From positions 44,954-108,953 of IMG/VR virus record IMGVR_UViG_3300021255_003103: a DNA stretch of 64,000 nucleotides, one strand, 5' to 3'. Under the pieces are notes generated by a model, which saw nothing but the letters and a program-made list of their open reading frames with translations, was not told the DNA's origin and searched no databases. Origin of the DNA: a virus (taxonomy: Duplodnaviria > Heunggongvirae > Uroviricota > Caudoviricetes). Position numbers and translations under genes: made by a program. Of this stretch, positions 20,632 to 29,119 are shown piece by piece. Within the stretch, counting starts at the first letter, position 1. Each line of letters opens with the position of its first letter.

Positions 20632-21279
20632 ATGAAAACATTGCAATTATACATAAATGAATCTTTATCTAAAGAAATAATCGAATTGAGAAATAAATTA
20701 AAGAAATTGGATAAATCAAAAATTTTTGATGGAAATTACAATTTAGATGATTCTTTAGATAAAGAATTTTATGAAATATTAACTTCATTAAATAAGCCAA
20801 ATTCATCAAATACTACTTTAATTAATACATGGAGAATGTTATTTTCAAAATTAGTTGTGGAACCATTAGTTGGTGAATTGATTGGTGATAGCAAATGTGA
20901 ATATTCCTCTATTGATATTGACAGAACTGAAAAATGGGACATTAAATATAATGGAAATATATTAATAGATGTAAAAGCAACGTATAATAATCATACACAT
21001 AATTTTGGATTTGCAGAAAAAGATGCTAATTACATTATAAATTACAATAAAAATGACATTAATAAAAGATACACATTATTTGTTTACCCAGAAATAAAGA
21101 CATGGGAAGATGCTACAAAATTATATAAAAACAAATCTGAAGTTAATATGTTATTAATTAGTTTTTCAGATTTTAAGGAAATATTAGATGACAATAATTT
21201 TGAAGTAAAAAAATCAAATATAATGATTCCATATTCTTTTATTAATGAAAATAATAAATTTAGAAAGTTTAAAAAATGA
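20632..21279 (+). CDS. CTS-like-tagged hypothetical protein (MKTLQLYINES...)
   Basis: Family tag at the N-terminus. Confidence 0.5.
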   Translation: MKTLQLYINESLSKEIIELRNKLKKLDKSKIFDGNYNLDDSLDKEFYEILTSLNKPNSSNTTLINTWRMLFSKLVVEPLVGELIGDSKCEYSSIDIDRTEKWDIKYNGNILIDVKATYNNHTHNFGFAEKDANYIINYNKNDINKRYTLFVYPEIKTWEDATKLYKNKSEVNMLLISFSDFKEILDDNNFEVKKSNIMIPYSFINENNKFRKFKK

Positions 21280-21418
21280 AAAACATTGAAGAAATTATAA
21301 GTAAAGAATTACTAGAAATGTTTTCTAAAAATTATTTACAAGAAAGATTTGTAAATAAATATAAAAAAATTAAAAGTCATTAAGGCTTGGTAATAATAAA
21401 TAAAATTTTAAATTAAAT

Positions 21419-21883
21419 ATGTTTAATAAACTTAGAGAAAAAATTGGTAAATTTATATTACCAAACACTGTAAGAGTAGTTGATGCAGCAGATATGACTG
21501 TTGATGAATTAATGAATAATCATGTTCAAAAACTTGAGCAATTGCCTGGTGTATTTACTAAAGATTTTCTTGAAGATTTAATTAAAGAATATCCTAAATT
21601 TGATCATCCAAATATTGTTGAATCTGATGGTAAAATAAAATTTACTGATGCTAATGGAAAGACAGTACAACTTAAAGTTCCTCTTTTAACAATTGTTCCA
21701 ATCCCATATATTTCAAAAGATAGTATTGATTTAGATAAATATTATAAAGAAAATTTTGGGGAATCAAATCCACCAAAGAATATGGAAGATATAAAGGGTG
21801 TACAAGTAAATGTTCCTGCATTGAATATTGTTCCTATACCTTCAATTCCAATTAAAGAAGATAAAAAGAAAGAAAATAAATAA
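21419..21883 (+). CDS. Hypothetical protein with internal duplicated VP(L/A)L(T/N)IVPIP(Y/S)I motif (untagged)
   Basis: ATG ORF; two copies of a Pro/Ile-rich 13-aa motif. Confidence 0.45.
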   Translation: MFNKLREKIGKFILPNTVRVVDAADMTVDELMNNHVQKLEQLPGVFTKDFLEDLIKEYPKFDHPNIVESDGKIKFTDANGKTVQLKVPLLTIVPIPYISKDSIDLDKYYKENFGESNPPKNMEDIKGVQVNVPALNIVPIPSIPIKEDKKKENK

Positions 21884-23061
21884 TGAAACACTTAAGTGAA
21901 TATTTTTTTGAATCATTATCAAAAGAAAGTATCAAAAAATTAGAAGAATATATTTCTGATGATAATATTGACGAATATATTAAATTAATAAAACGTCATG
22001 GTGCATCATTAGGAATAGATAATGATTCATATGATAATTTTTTTGAAATACATGGATTATCAAAATTAAATTGGGGTAGAAATAATTCTGCAAAAAAACA
22101 GTTTGTTAAATTATTTAGTGAAGAAGACCATTTAGATATATTGACATCAATTGTTAAAAACAATGGTGTTTTATCAATAAAAGATGTTGAAGAAAATGGT
22201 AATATATTTAATTTATGTAAAATAGAAGACAATGATTTTTCTGATGAGGCAAAAACAATCGCAACTTGGACAAATTCAACATCAGCAAATGCAGGACCAT
22301 GTGAAATGCTTTTAAAATTTATATTAAAAGAAGGTCGTACATTTAAAAGTGGAGATGTGGGTATTCACGATGGCGAAGATAAAGAAATGGAAGTTAAAGC
22401 TGCAACAACTGGTAAAAATGCAAGTGGTGGTCATGCTGCAGGTCAAAAGGAAAACAATGGTCAAAAAATTAGAGGAGCATGGTCAATATATTTATACTTA
22501 AATAATAATTTATTTAATTTAGGAGATGATAATGCAGCTGCAGATAAATCAGCATATTTTCAAAATGATAACGGTATTAAAAATTTTAATCAATTAATAA
22601 AAGATAATAAATTAGATAAAGATGATCAATCGTTAAAAACATTATCAAATGGTATTGTTGATGCATTATGTTTTCAATATAATTTTATAACAAACGAAAA
22701 GGATTCAAAAAATTCATTAAATACAATTGATAAATTATATGATGCTGCATATGTTTATTGTAAAAGTATTTATGATAATGGATTTAAAAGACAAGATTTA
22801 TTTAATTTAGTTGGTTGCATACAATTATATCTTTATTCACAAGTAGAGAAATTCGATTATTTCTTTTGTGTACAAGTAGATAAATCTGATGAATCAACAA
22901 ATGAAAACAATGGCAATTATTGGTGTGCAAAAAACTGTAAATCACAAGATACAAAGCTATTAAAATTTAATATAGTAACAAATAATTTATATTTTGGACA
23001 ATTAGATAGTCCTACATCTTCACAAGGTCGTACAGGAAAAATTTATATGAAACTTAAATAA
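21883..23061 (+). CDS. CTS-like-tagged hypothetical protein, 392 aa (MKHLSEYFFESLS...)
   Basis: Family tag at the N-terminus; start overlaps the upstream stop. Confidence 0.5.
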   Translation: MKHLSEYFFESLSKESIKKLEEYISDDNIDEYIKLIKRHGASLGIDNDSYDNFFEIHGLSKLNWGRNNSAKKQFVKLFSEEDHLDILTSIVKNNGVLSIKDVEENGNIFNLCKIEDNDFSDEAKTIATWTNSTSANAGPCEMLLKFILKEGRTFKSGDVGIHDGEDKEMEVKAATTGKNASGGHAAGQKENNGQKIRGAWSIYLYLNNNLFNLGDDNAAADKSAYFQNDNGIKNFNQLIKDNKLDKDDQSLKTLSNGIVDALCFQYNFITNEKDSKNSLNTIDKLYDAAYVYCKSIYDNGFKRQDLFNLVGCIQLYLYSQVEKFDYFFCVQVDKSDESTNENNGNYWCAKNCKSQDTKLLKFNIVTNNLYFGQLDSPTSSQGRTGKIYMKLK

Positions 23062-23076
23062 TAAAATTAAAGCTTT

Positions 23077-23814
23077 ATGAAACAAGTAAAAGTTTGTTTA
23101 GGAAGATTTATGCCCTTCACATTAGGACATCTTAAGATGGCAACATATAAAGATCTAAAAGGTCCAGATAAGGAGCAGAAAGATGCTTTAAGAGAACAAC
23201 CAGACTTAAAAGAAATAGCTAAGCAAAAAACTATTATATTGTCTATATTGACTACAAAGGATAAAGTTGACACAAGACACCCATTTGATGCAGATTTGAT
23301 GAAAGATGAATTAGAATTACTTAAGAAAAACTATTCATCTGAAATTGAAGATATTCTATATGTTAAGTCTGCTGATATATGTGCATGGGGTGAAATGCTT
23401 AAAGAAAAAGGATATCAAGCATCAGTTTGGTTAACTGGCTCAGATGAGTTTGCTATGTACAAAGGCATGGCTATTAAGGTGCCAGAATATGAAGAACATA
23501 ATAGAAACAACTATGACTGCAAAGGTGCTTATACGAATTCATTCTATGTGGAAGAGATAGAACGTACAGATGATGGTGATTTTATATCGTCAATTTCTGG
23601 TACAAAAGTTCGTCAAGCTTTATTAAATAATGATAAAGAATTATTTACAAAAATGATGCCAAAGGGAGCTGACAAGTATTTTGATAAATTTAAAGAAGCT
23701 GTTGAAAATGCTCCAGAACCTAAGAAAAAGACATCATCTAATAAAAACAAAAATAATAAAGTTAAAGAAGGATTAACATCACTTAAGAAATATATATTAG
23801 AATCAATAAAATGA
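23077..23814 (+). CDS. Nicotinamide/nicotinate mononucleotide adenylyltransferase-like (cytidylyltransferase fold); C-terminus ends with tag-like ...SLKKYILESIK
   Basis: GRFMPFTLGH matches the (H/T)xGH nucleotidyltransferase motif of NadM/NMNAT (GRFQPFHxGH); a later ISGTKVR block is present. Confidence 0.6.
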   Translation: MKQVKVCLGRFMPFTLGHLKMATYKDLKGPDKEQKDALREQPDLKEIAKQKTIILSILTTKDKVDTRHPFDADLMKDELELLKKNYSSEIEDILYVKSADICAWGEMLKEKGYQASVWLTGSDEFAMYKGMAIKVPEYEEHNRNNYDCKGAYTNSFYVEEIERTDDGDFISSISGTKVRQALLNNDKELFTKMMPKGADKYFDKFKEAVENAPEPKKKTSSNKNKNNKVKEGLTSLKKYILESIK

Positions 23815-24212
23815 AATCATTAAATAATTATATTAATAATGAATATGTTAATGAAGGATTAAAAGATTCTTTCATTAATATTATAAAAAATTTTTTTAGT
23901 CATGGAGAAGTTTCAAATAAAAAATTAGTTACTATTGAAATGGATCCTAAGATATTTGGAAAATTAGTTCGTGATAAAGAATATTTTAAATATACTAATA
24001 AAGAATATCCTAAATTAGTGCCAAATCAAGATTATACTGTTGATGATTTATGGGAATTATATAAATGTGAATTAGGTGAAGATAAATATGGAAATGAAAC
24101 AACTATCTTTACTTATATAGGGCATGCAGATTTTAGAAAGGGCAAAAATGTAATTGAAGTTCAAGAAGAATATAAAGATTTCGTAGAAAAAATTTTTGCA
24201 AAATATAAATAA
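23811..24212 (+). CDS. CTS-like-tagged hypothetical protein (MKSLNNYINNEY...)
   Basis: Family tag; start overlaps the upstream stop (ATGA). Confidence 0.5.
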   Translation: MKSLNNYINNEYVNEGLKDSFINIIKNFFSHGEVSNKKLVTIEMDPKIFGKLVRDKEYFKYTNKEYPKLVPNQDYTVDDLWELYKCELGEDKYGNETTIFTYIGHADFRKGKNVIEVQEEYKDFVEKIFAKYK

Positions 24213-24216
24213 AAAT

Positions 24217-24543
24217 ATGAAAGCAATAAGTCAATATATTAATGAGTCTCAAGATACATATTCATTCACATTAGACGAAACGAAAATGCTATATTTTTCT
24301 GAAGATGAAATTGGAAAAATTATGAAAGATACTTGGGATAAGAATGGAAAATTTTATAAATTATTAAAAGAATTGGATTATAAGCCTGTTAATAATGATA
24401 TAAAAGATTTTTTAGAACAATGTTTAGATGATGATAGAGTAGCTGCACAGTTTGCTTCTTATATTGCAGACATAATTGGTAGAGACAATTTTAGTATTGA
24501 GCAAGTTCAAAAATTTATAAAAACAAATGATATTGTTGTGTAA
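24217..24543 (+). CDS. CTS-like-tagged hypothetical protein (MKAISQYINES...)
   Basis: ORF-track start 24196 is TTG; the first ATG, at 24217, gives the family tag directly. Confidence 0.5.
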   Translation: MKAISQYINESQDTYSFTLDETKMLYFSEDEIGKIMKDTWDKNGKFYKLLKELDYKPVNNDIKDFLEQCLDDDRVAAQFASYIADIIGRDNFSIEQVQKFIKTNDIVV

Positions 24544-25427
24544 TGAAACATCTATTAACATTTATAAAAGAATCACTTGGCATATTTGAAGGTGGTAATG
24601 CAGTTAAAGCGAATCCTATACCTGCGGTTATTGCACCTAAAGTATATGATGAAATATACAAGAAGGTGCAATCTAAATTTAAAATAGACATGATTCCGTT
24701 AGGCAGTATTGGTAAGAAAGCTGATGATAAGACTAATGGAGATATTGATGTCGCAGTTAAAATTGATAGTAAGGACAAACTCAATGAAATAGTTGATACT
24801 TGTTTTAGTGATTGTGAAATCAATTACACAACAATGGGTACTATTACATCATTTGGATATCCTTATGACATAGATGGTTATAAAGGAATTGCTCAAGTTG
24901 ACTTTATGATTGTTAAAGACATTAATTGGGCAAAGTTCAGATATCATTCACCAAATTTTAAAAAGAATGAATCAAAATATAAAGGTGGCGCAAGAAATTG
25001 TATGTTATGCGATGTTGTTGCATGTATACCAGTAGAAGATGCAAAAGACGAGTATTTTGAAGATGGGAAAACGGTTAAGCGTCATTGGAAACATACATTC
25101 AATACAGAAGGAATATTTATACAATTAGTAGATTTTTGTGGTAAGAATGGCAAGCCATTAAAGACTGGTAAAAAGTTAAAAGAATTTGAGAAATTAGTTA
25201 CTAATGATCCAGAAAACTGCATTAAGTTTATATTTGGAGACAACGGTACAATAGATGATGCTAATTCAGCTGAATCAATTTGGAAAGCTATTCATGATCC
25301 AAAGAAATTCAAATGGGGTGATGACATTCTTGCAAAAATTGAAGAAAAAGTGTACAATGATAAATCACTTGAAGAGTTTGGTTTAGATTTAGAAAACGAT
25401 TTCCCAACAAAATTCTATAATAAATAA
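24543..25427 (+). CDS. Pol-beta-superfamily nucleotidyltransferase with CTS-like tag (MKHLLTFIKES...)
   Basis: GSIGKKADDKTNGDIDVAV matches the GS-x(9-13)-D-h-D-h minimal NTase motif. Confidence 0.5.
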   Translation: MKHLLTFIKESLGIFEGGNAVKANPIPAVIAPKVYDEIYKKVQSKFKIDMIPLGSIGKKADDKTNGDIDVAVKIDSKDKLNEIVDTCFSDCEINYTTMGTITSFGYPYDIDGYKGIAQVDFMIVKDINWAKFRYHSPNFKKNESKYKGGARNCMLCDVVACIPVEDAKDEYFEDGKTVKRHWKHTFNTEGIFIQLVDFCGKNGKPLKTGKKLKEFEKLVTNDPENCIKFIFGDNGTIDDANSAESIWKAIHDPKKFKWGDDILAKIEEKVYNDKSLEEFGLDLENDFPTKFYNK

Positions 25428-25428
25428 T

Positions 25429-26550
25429 ATGAATCATTTAATAGATAAGTACTTAAAAAAACCCGAATATGTAAAAGAACTTTTTAATAAAGAAGTATCA
25501 ATATCATTAAAGGTTGATGGTGCTGCATTTCAAATATCTTATGATAAAGATCAAGACAAGATAACATATCATAAACGTGGTGGTAGTTCAAAAAGTCTTG
25601 GTCCAATTATTGATGAATACACTCAATTAATGAGAAAGAATGTAAATGATGCAATTGAATATTTTGATAATAAAAAAGATATATTAAAGCAATATAAATT
25701 CTATGCTATTGAAATGTTTAATGATTCATATATTTTATTAACTGTAATTGATAATGATAATAATATTATAGATAATGTTTCAAAACTTAAAGAAATTTCA
25801 AAATCATTGAATATTGATTGTGTTCCTATTTTATTTGATGGTAAATTAAATAAAGAACAAATAGATTCTTTATTAGAAATGATGTCATTAGATCCTGAAA
25901 CAAATAATGATACATATAAAGAATATTTAACAAATATTTTTGGTAAAGGTGAATATCAGAAATTTTTAAATGGAGATGAGGTAGAAGGAATTGTACTTAC
26001 ATGGAATACTGATAAGATTGAACAATATAAGATAATAAATCCAGCATTTAAGACTAGACATGATAAAGAAATTAAACAAGGTAATGAAGAGTTCCAGAAA
26101 GAAATGGAAGAACTTCGTGAACTATTTGAGTTCTTTTATGAAAGTCTTAATAAGTATGGAAAATATTATGGTGATAATTGGATTAAGACATTAAATGATA
26201 ATTTTATAATGATGAATGAACAATCTGATTTTCAACGCAAATTAAAAGAATTTAATAATTCTATTAAGCCAAAATTCAAAGATTTCTTTACATTACAATC
26301 AAATAAAATCGATAAAAGAATACAAAAGTTAATTGATGAATATGGAGATAACATGAAATTTTATTATGAAAAATATTTATCATTATTTAATAAACAAAAG
26401 AAACGTAATTTTACAATTTCAAAAGAATTTCAAATGAAAGTCAATGATTTGATTGAAAAATTACAATCAAAAAATGAATCATTAAAATTATATACAAAAT
26501 ATCATATAAAAGCATTAAATAATTATATATTAGAATCAAAATATAAATAA
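25429..26550 (+). CDS. ATP-dependent polynucleotide ligase (Rnl2/DNA-ligase-type nucleotidyltransferase; KxDG motif I); C-terminus ends with tag-like ...KALNNYILESKYK
   Basis: EVSISLKVDGAAFQI aligns with the T4 Rnl2 motif I region (EWVAREKIHGTNFSL). Size is 373 aa. Confidence 0.55.
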   Translation: MNHLIDKYLKKPEYVKELFNKEVSISLKVDGAAFQISYDKDQDKITYHKRGGSSKSLGPIIDEYTQLMRKNVNDAIEYFDNKKDILKQYKFYAIEMFNDSYILLTVIDNDNNIIDNVSKLKEISKSLNIDCVPILFDGKLNKEQIDSLLEMMSLDPETNNDTYKEYLTNIFGKGEYQKFLNGDEVEGIVLTWNTDKIEQYKIINPAFKTRHDKEIKQGNEEFQKEMEELRELFEFFYESLNKYGKYYGDNWIKTLNDNFIMMNEQSDFQRKLKEFNNSIKPKFKDFFTLQSNKIDKRIQKLIDEYGDNMKFYYEKYLSLFNKQKKRNFTISKEFQMKVNDLIEKLQSKNESLKLYTKYHIKALNNYILESKYK

Positions 26551-26555
26551 TTATA

Positions 26556-27062
26556 ATGAAAAATATTATTAAATTTATCTTAGAAAAATTATTACCATTT
26601 AATGTTTGGATAATGGTTGGATTACCAGGTTCAGGTAAGTCAACATATATTAAAGAAGAACTTCCAAAGAATATTGAAATTATAAACCAAGATTCAATTA
26701 GAGTTGAACTTGGTATAATGAAAGATGATGAGCATAAAGCAATTGGAAATTCCGAACAAGAAAAAGAAGTTGCAAGAATTTGTTTAGAACGAATTGATAA
26801 AGCAATTAAAGATAAAAGAGATTTTGTTATTGATAATACAAATATTAAAGCAGGAAGAGTACAAAATTATTATGATAAGTTAAAGAAAGCTAATGCTAAT
26901 GTTCAAATAATCATTATTGATACTCCTAAAGAAATTTGCAAAGATCGTCGTAAAGAACATATACCAGAAAAGGTTATTGATGATATGCAATTAGGTCTTG
27001 ATAAAGTAAAGGATAAATTTAAGAATAATAAAGATACAATAATAGTTACAAATAGATATTAA
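26556..27062 (+). CDS. Polynucleotide 5'-kinase (T4 Pnkp kinase-domain-like) with CTS-like tag (MKNIIKFILEK)
   Basis: Walker A GLPGSGKST; IINQDSIR (cf. T4 INRDDYRQ); FVIDNTNIKAGRV (cf. VIISDTNLNPERR). Confidence 0.7.
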   Translation: MKNIIKFILEKLLPFNVWIMVGLPGSGKSTYIKEELPKNIEIINQDSIRVELGIMKDDEHKAIGNSEQEKEVARICLERIDKAIKDKRDFVIDNTNIKAGRVQNYYDKLKKANANVQIIIIDTPKEICKDRRKEHIPEKVIDDMQLGLDKVKDKFKNNKDTIIVTNRY

Positions 27063-27095
27063 ATAATTATTTTTAATAAATAAATAAATTATAAT

Positions 27096-27473
27096 ATGAA
27101 ATCAATAAGTAAATATATTTTAGAGTCAAAAAATAATAAAGAGTTAGTTAATTTTATTCATAAATTTGGATCAAAAGATGAGCAAAAATTTGATAAATTT
27201 ATTAATAATTTAGATATTAATAATGATGCTATAAATTTATTAAAAAAGAATTTTAATAATGATTCAGAATTTTATTATATAAATAGTGAATATTCAGATT
27301 CAGATTCATTTCAAGATAAATTACAAGATTTAATCGATGAAATTGAAGATAATGGAGAATTAATTGATGAATGGGATAATGAAGAAACATATATAAAAAT
27401 ATATAATCATTCTGATTTTGGAAAATTAATTTATATTGATATGTATGTACAAATAATTTTAATAGAAAAATAA
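27096..27473 (+). CDS. CTS-like-tagged acidic hypothetical protein (MKSISKYILES...)
   Basis: Family tag at the N-terminus. Confidence 0.5.
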   Translation: MKSISKYILESKNNKELVNFIHKFGSKDEQKFDKFINNLDINNDAINLLKKNFNNDSEFYYINSEYSDSDSFQDKLQDLIDEIEDNGELIDEWDNEETYIKIYNHSDFGKLIYIDMYVQIILIEK

Positions 27474-27496
27474 TTTTAATAATATATGAAATTTTT

Positions 27497-27529
27497 AAGC
27501 TGGAATTTGAATATTTCCAGCTTTTTTCT
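27497..27529 (+). terminator. Intrinsic terminator (aagctggaaat..atttccagctt + TTTTTCT)
   Basis: 11-bp inverted repeat plus T-run. Confidence 0.8.
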
Positions 27530-27580
27530 ATATTATATATATAAAATAAATAATTAATAAACAATAAAAATTTAAAAACA

Positions 27581-27892
27581 ATGAACAAGACAACTGCACG
27601 TTATTTCAATTTAAATGAGTTTAAGGCTGGTAAGAACGCTACTACTAAGCTTGGTAACCCCGTAAAGTTTATTACTATTACAGCCGACGGTAAGTTGCTC
27701 GTAAAGGTTAATCACCGCAGTAAGATTTCAGGTTTTTCAAATAAGGTTATTGTTCCGATGTTTGAAGGTACTGTTGAAAAATATAATATGGATGGTAGCA
27801 AGTACCGCGGAACTGAGACGGAGTTCGACTTGGTAATGGAAGCTCCAAAGCGTCCACGAAATGAAAAGGGACAGTTTGTAAAGATGGGTTAA
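27581..27892 (+). CDS. Hypothetical 103-aa protein with markedly elevated GC and atypical codon usage (possible recent acquisition)
   Basis: Codons such as ccgcag, ccgcgg, gacggag and ctcgta are rare elsewhere in the window; the gene is bracketed by two terminators. Confidence 0.5.
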   Translation: MNKTTARYFNLNEFKAGKNATTKLGNPVKFITITADGKLLVKVNHRSKISGFSNKVIVPMFEGTVEKYNMDGSKYRGTETEFDLVMEAPKRPRNEKGQFVKMG

Positions 27893-27908
27893 AACCCATC
27901 TTCTTTTA
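27882..27908 (+). terminator. Intrinsic terminator (agatgggtt-aaa-acccatct + TCTTTTATT) overlapping the stop codon
   Basis: 9-bp stem; the TAA stop is in the loop. Confidence 0.7.
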
Positions 27909-27946
27909 TTCTCTAATTTAATATGCAATGAAAATTTATCAAATAA

Positions 27947-28159
27947 TTGGGTATCCTATTGATTGTGAAAGGCCGTTCTTTGTTACCTAAAATGATGAAA
28001 GCTTATACATCATATAAGGAAGCTGAAAAATATAAAAAAGCTTGGCTAGATCTTTGGGATAAACATACTGATAATCATGATTTAATATCTCCATGTTGGT
28101 ATGATTATCGAAGATACCTTGATATTAATGAAGTTGAAGTAGAAGAAAAATTTACATAA
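27947..28159 (+). CDS. Hypothetical small protein (70 aa)
   Basis: ATG ORF. Confidence 0.35.
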   Translation: MGILLIVKGRSLLPKMMKAYTSYKEAEKYKKAWLDLWDKHTDNHDLISPCWYDYRRYLDINEVEVEEKFT

Positions 28160-28234
28160 ATCTAAGAAAATATATATAATATATTGAATTTTTTAAATCT
28201 CATACTATATTTATAATATCAAACAATAATTAAT

Positions 28235-28504
28235 ATGAAAAAGATTTTAGACGAAGAAGCAATCCGCAGGCAAGAATGTGCTAAGGCATATAACAATGCT
28301 CGTCGTAAGGTGTGGGATTTAGTTCAAGAAGATTTTAAGATTGATAAAAATTTTAATTTTACTCATGCTACTTGGAAAGGTGTATATGCAATGGGTGGAA
28401 ATACTATAATAGCAACTGTTAAGATTATTAATAGATATATAGATGAATGCAAGAAGCCTTATGGGCAGCGCGATTTATCATTTATTCACCTTGTAAAAGA
28501 CTAA
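28235..28504 (+). CDS. Hypothetical protein (89 aa)
   Basis: ATG ORF. Confidence 0.4.
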   Translation: MKKILDEEAIRRQECAKAYNNARRKVWDLVQEDFKIDKNFNFTHATWKGVYAMGGNTIIATVKIINRYIDECKKPYGQRDLSFIHLVKD

Positions 28505-28797
28505 GAATATGGAATTTTGGGAAAAGTTTGAAATTTTGAGAATTAAACTCGGGGATGAAACTATATTGCAAGAAGTAATCAATTATTTTACTGCTGACCA
28601 AATTAATGAATTTTGTGATTCTGTTGCAACTGATTATGATATTGAAAATCAATTCAATGAAGAATAATGGTACTAGGATTTGATATTGAAACTGATGGAA
28701 TGTTTCCTGAAGGATTTCCAACACCACAAGTAAAAACTCTTAATTAGAGTTCAGAGATGAATAATTATAATAAGTTTTTTGCAAAATTTTATAACAA

Positions 28798-29031
28798 ATG
28801 AATATAGTTGAAATTAAGACAGGACAATATTACGATCCTGAATATTCAGAGTATCATTTTAAGACTAATCATCCTAAAAGAGATATTTATGACGAGAATT
28901 TTAATTTAACTAATGAATTTTTAACATGGCTGCATGTAAATTATCACAATATTTATCGAGCATATTTTGATGATCGTGATAATTTTGAAATTAATTATCT
29001 TCATATTGATGATATGACTTTAATCCCATAA
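28798..29031 (+). CDS. Hypothetical protein (77 aa); its 3' end overlaps a tandem repeat
   Basis: ATG ORF. Confidence 0.4.
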   Translation: MNIVEIKTGQYYDPEYSEYHFKTNHPKRDIYDENFNLTNEFLTWLHVNYHNIYRAYFDDRDNFEINYLHIDDMTLIP

Positions 29032-29106
29032 AATATGATGATATTTTTAATCCCATAAAATATGATGATATTTTTAATCCCATAAAATATGATGATATTT
29101 TTTAAT
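29005..29106 (+). repeat. Direct tandem repeat, ~27-bp unit (taatcccataaaatatgatgatattttt) x3 plus a degenerate leading copy
   Basis: Three perfect head-to-tail copies beginning at about 29021, 29048 and 29075, directly upstream of the gene at 29120. Confidence 0.85.
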
Positions 29107-29119
29107 TCAATAAATATAA

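Noticed and set aside
29005-29106. Possible CRISPR array
   Set aside because: Only ~3.5 contiguous identical 27-bp units with no unique spacers between them, and no cas genes; this is a simple tandem repeat.
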